Assembly (NCBI GenBank): GCA_002269645.1
Contig: NIVC01000456.1
Location: 1 to 59,503 of the forward strand
Reading direction: 5' to 3'
Source of the DNA: Macrostomum lignano
Lineage: Eukaryota
DNA: 59,503 bases
Shown: in pieces, positions 59,340-59,503 of the stretch
How the letters are laid out: every line of letters starts with the position of its first letter
How positions within the stretch are numbered: position 1 is the first letter of the stretch
Notes under the pieces: generated by a model
What the model was told of the DNA's origin: nothing
What the model saw: only the letters and a program-made list of their open reading frames with translations
The model's database searches: none
Made by a program: the position numbers and the translations under genes

Positions 59340-59503
59340 CCGGTTCAATCATCCAGAATTCACCTGGATTCGTGTGCTATCCGGTTCACTCTCCCGGAAT
59401 TCCGGATTTGTGGCATCCGGTTATCGCCCGGAATTAGCCGGATTTGTGTGCTGATCGGTTCACTCGCCGGAATTGTGTGTGATCCGGTTCACTCGCCAGA
59501 ATT
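59340..59503. repeat. CCGG-rich ~30-bp degenerate repeat running off the window
   Basis: TCCGGTTCACTCGCCGGAATTGTGTGTGA-like copies. Confidence 0.7.

Overview
Eukaryotic (animal) genomic window, most likely from a Macrostomum-like free-living flatworm. That assignment is inferred from GC3-rich exons, GT-AG introns packed with minisatellites, and a close match to the Macrostomum spliced leader as I recall it. Supported genes: a 2-exon CRAL-TRIO/Sec14-like gene with polyQ (minus), an intronless peptide-receptor-like GPCR (minus), a 130-aa single-pass membrane protein, a 2-exon C2H2 zinc-finger protein, a 6-exon IQANK1 orthologue, and a few orphan exons. Roughly a quarter of the window is tandem repeat (more than 25 different mini/microsatellite arrays), and these generate most of the long ORFs in the track. 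Mobile elements: two decayed RTE-like LINEs (one inserted in a satellite), a nested DNA-transposon cluster (mariner inside a hAT-like element, several MITEs), a Gypsy integrase relic and a recent ~1.68-kb tandem duplication. Most interesting signals: a spliced-leader-like relic fixed in genomic DNA in front of an exon that is bracketed by inverted satellite arrays; an IQANK1 first exon with no ATG that would read MPAKPAAS if the SL supplies the AUG; and a diverged ~955-bp tandem unit with conserved structured islands. Array boundaries are approximate (about +/-10 nt) and all alignments were done by eye.
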